Assembly (NCBI GenBank): GCA_033764015.1
Contig: JANRJK010000023.1
Location: 106,433-170,432, forward strand
DNA length: 64,000 bases
Direction: 5' to 3'
Origin: Candidatus Sumerlaeia bacterium
GTDB lineage: Bacteria; Sumerlaeota; Sumerlaeia; SLMS01; JANRJK01
In this document: piece after piece, positions 62,248 to 64,000 of the stretch
Numbering within the stretch: the first letter of the stretch is position 1
Layout of the letters: each line of letters begins with the position of its first letter
Notes under the pieces: model-generated
The model's database searches: none
Told to the model about the DNA's origin: nothing
What the model saw: the letters and a program-made list of their open reading frames with translations, nothing else
Position numbers and translations under genes: made by a program

Positions 62248-62248
<1 letters not shown>
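58961..62248 (+). CDS. actB: Alternative complex III subunit B (molybdopterin oxidoreductase-like and 4Fe-4S domains)
   Basis: Tat motif SRRGFLK, GRPIKVEGN, CSSCGACVVAC, CVGTRYCSNNCPY, RGVMEKC. Confidence 0.93.
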
Positions 62249-63669
<1,421 letters not shown>

Positions 63670-63673
63670 GGCG

Positions 63674-64000
63674 ATGTCGCACGCAGAACCAACACCGGCA
63701 CTCTACGGCCTCATGGCCGAGTTCAGCTCGGCCACTGACTTGGTGCACGCCACCGAGAAGGCTCGCTTGGCTGGCTACCGTAAGATGGACGCCTATTCCC
63801 CGATTCCGATCGAGGAACTGAGCGAGGCGCTCGGGTTGCCACGCACCCGTTTGCCGAAGCTGGTCTTCATCGGCGGTCTACTGGGCGGCCTCGCCGGTTT
63901 CAGCCTCGAGACCTGGGCCTCGACCATCGCCTATCCGATGAACATCGGCGGTCGACCTGATCTCAGCTGGCCGCAGTTCATTCCAGTCACGTTCGAAACC
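63674..64000 (+). CDS. actD: Alternative complex III subunit D (DUF3341); runs off window edge
   Basis: LYGLMAEF...MDAYSPIPIE...YPMNIGGRPDLSWPQFIPVTFE. Confidence 0.9.
   Translation, partial: MSHAEPTPALYGLMAEFSSATDLVHATEKARLAGYRKMDAYSPIPIEELSEALGLPRTRLPKLVFIGGLLGGLAGFSLETWASTIAYPMNIGGRPDLSWPQFIPVTFET

Overview
High-GC bacterial DNA. An LPS heptosyltransferase indicates a diderm; the GspG-like pilins ending in YDPTNG suggest Ca. Sumerlaeota/BRC1, but that lineage call is inference. 1-28 kb is mostly housekeeping (ctpA, gnd, gluQ, prmA, hscA-fdx, recA, comEA) with a small hotspot at 4.2-6.0 kb (hicB-hicA, HNH nuclease). 28.0-54.0 kb is a ~26 kb island at tRNA-His bounded by a 48-bp direct repeat, with no intact integrase and a probable RepA relic. 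It carries a LacI-linked beta-1,3-glucan utilisation locus (2x GH16, GH81, GH1, GH5, a GH50/GH148-like enzyme, ABC transporter) with no SusC/D. Instead, two type IV pilin-like genes each overlap a glycosidase start codon, and several secreted proteins share a C-terminal W-x-x-Y/F tail. 54-64 kb holds an arsR-arsP-trx-arsF-arsG-like operon with two frameshifts and the start of an alternative complex III operon (actA-D). Other notable signals: cargo modules flanked by duplicated 3' ends of protein-coding genes, a tRNA-His lacking G-1/C73, and clamp-binding-like motifs on two DUF72 paralogs.
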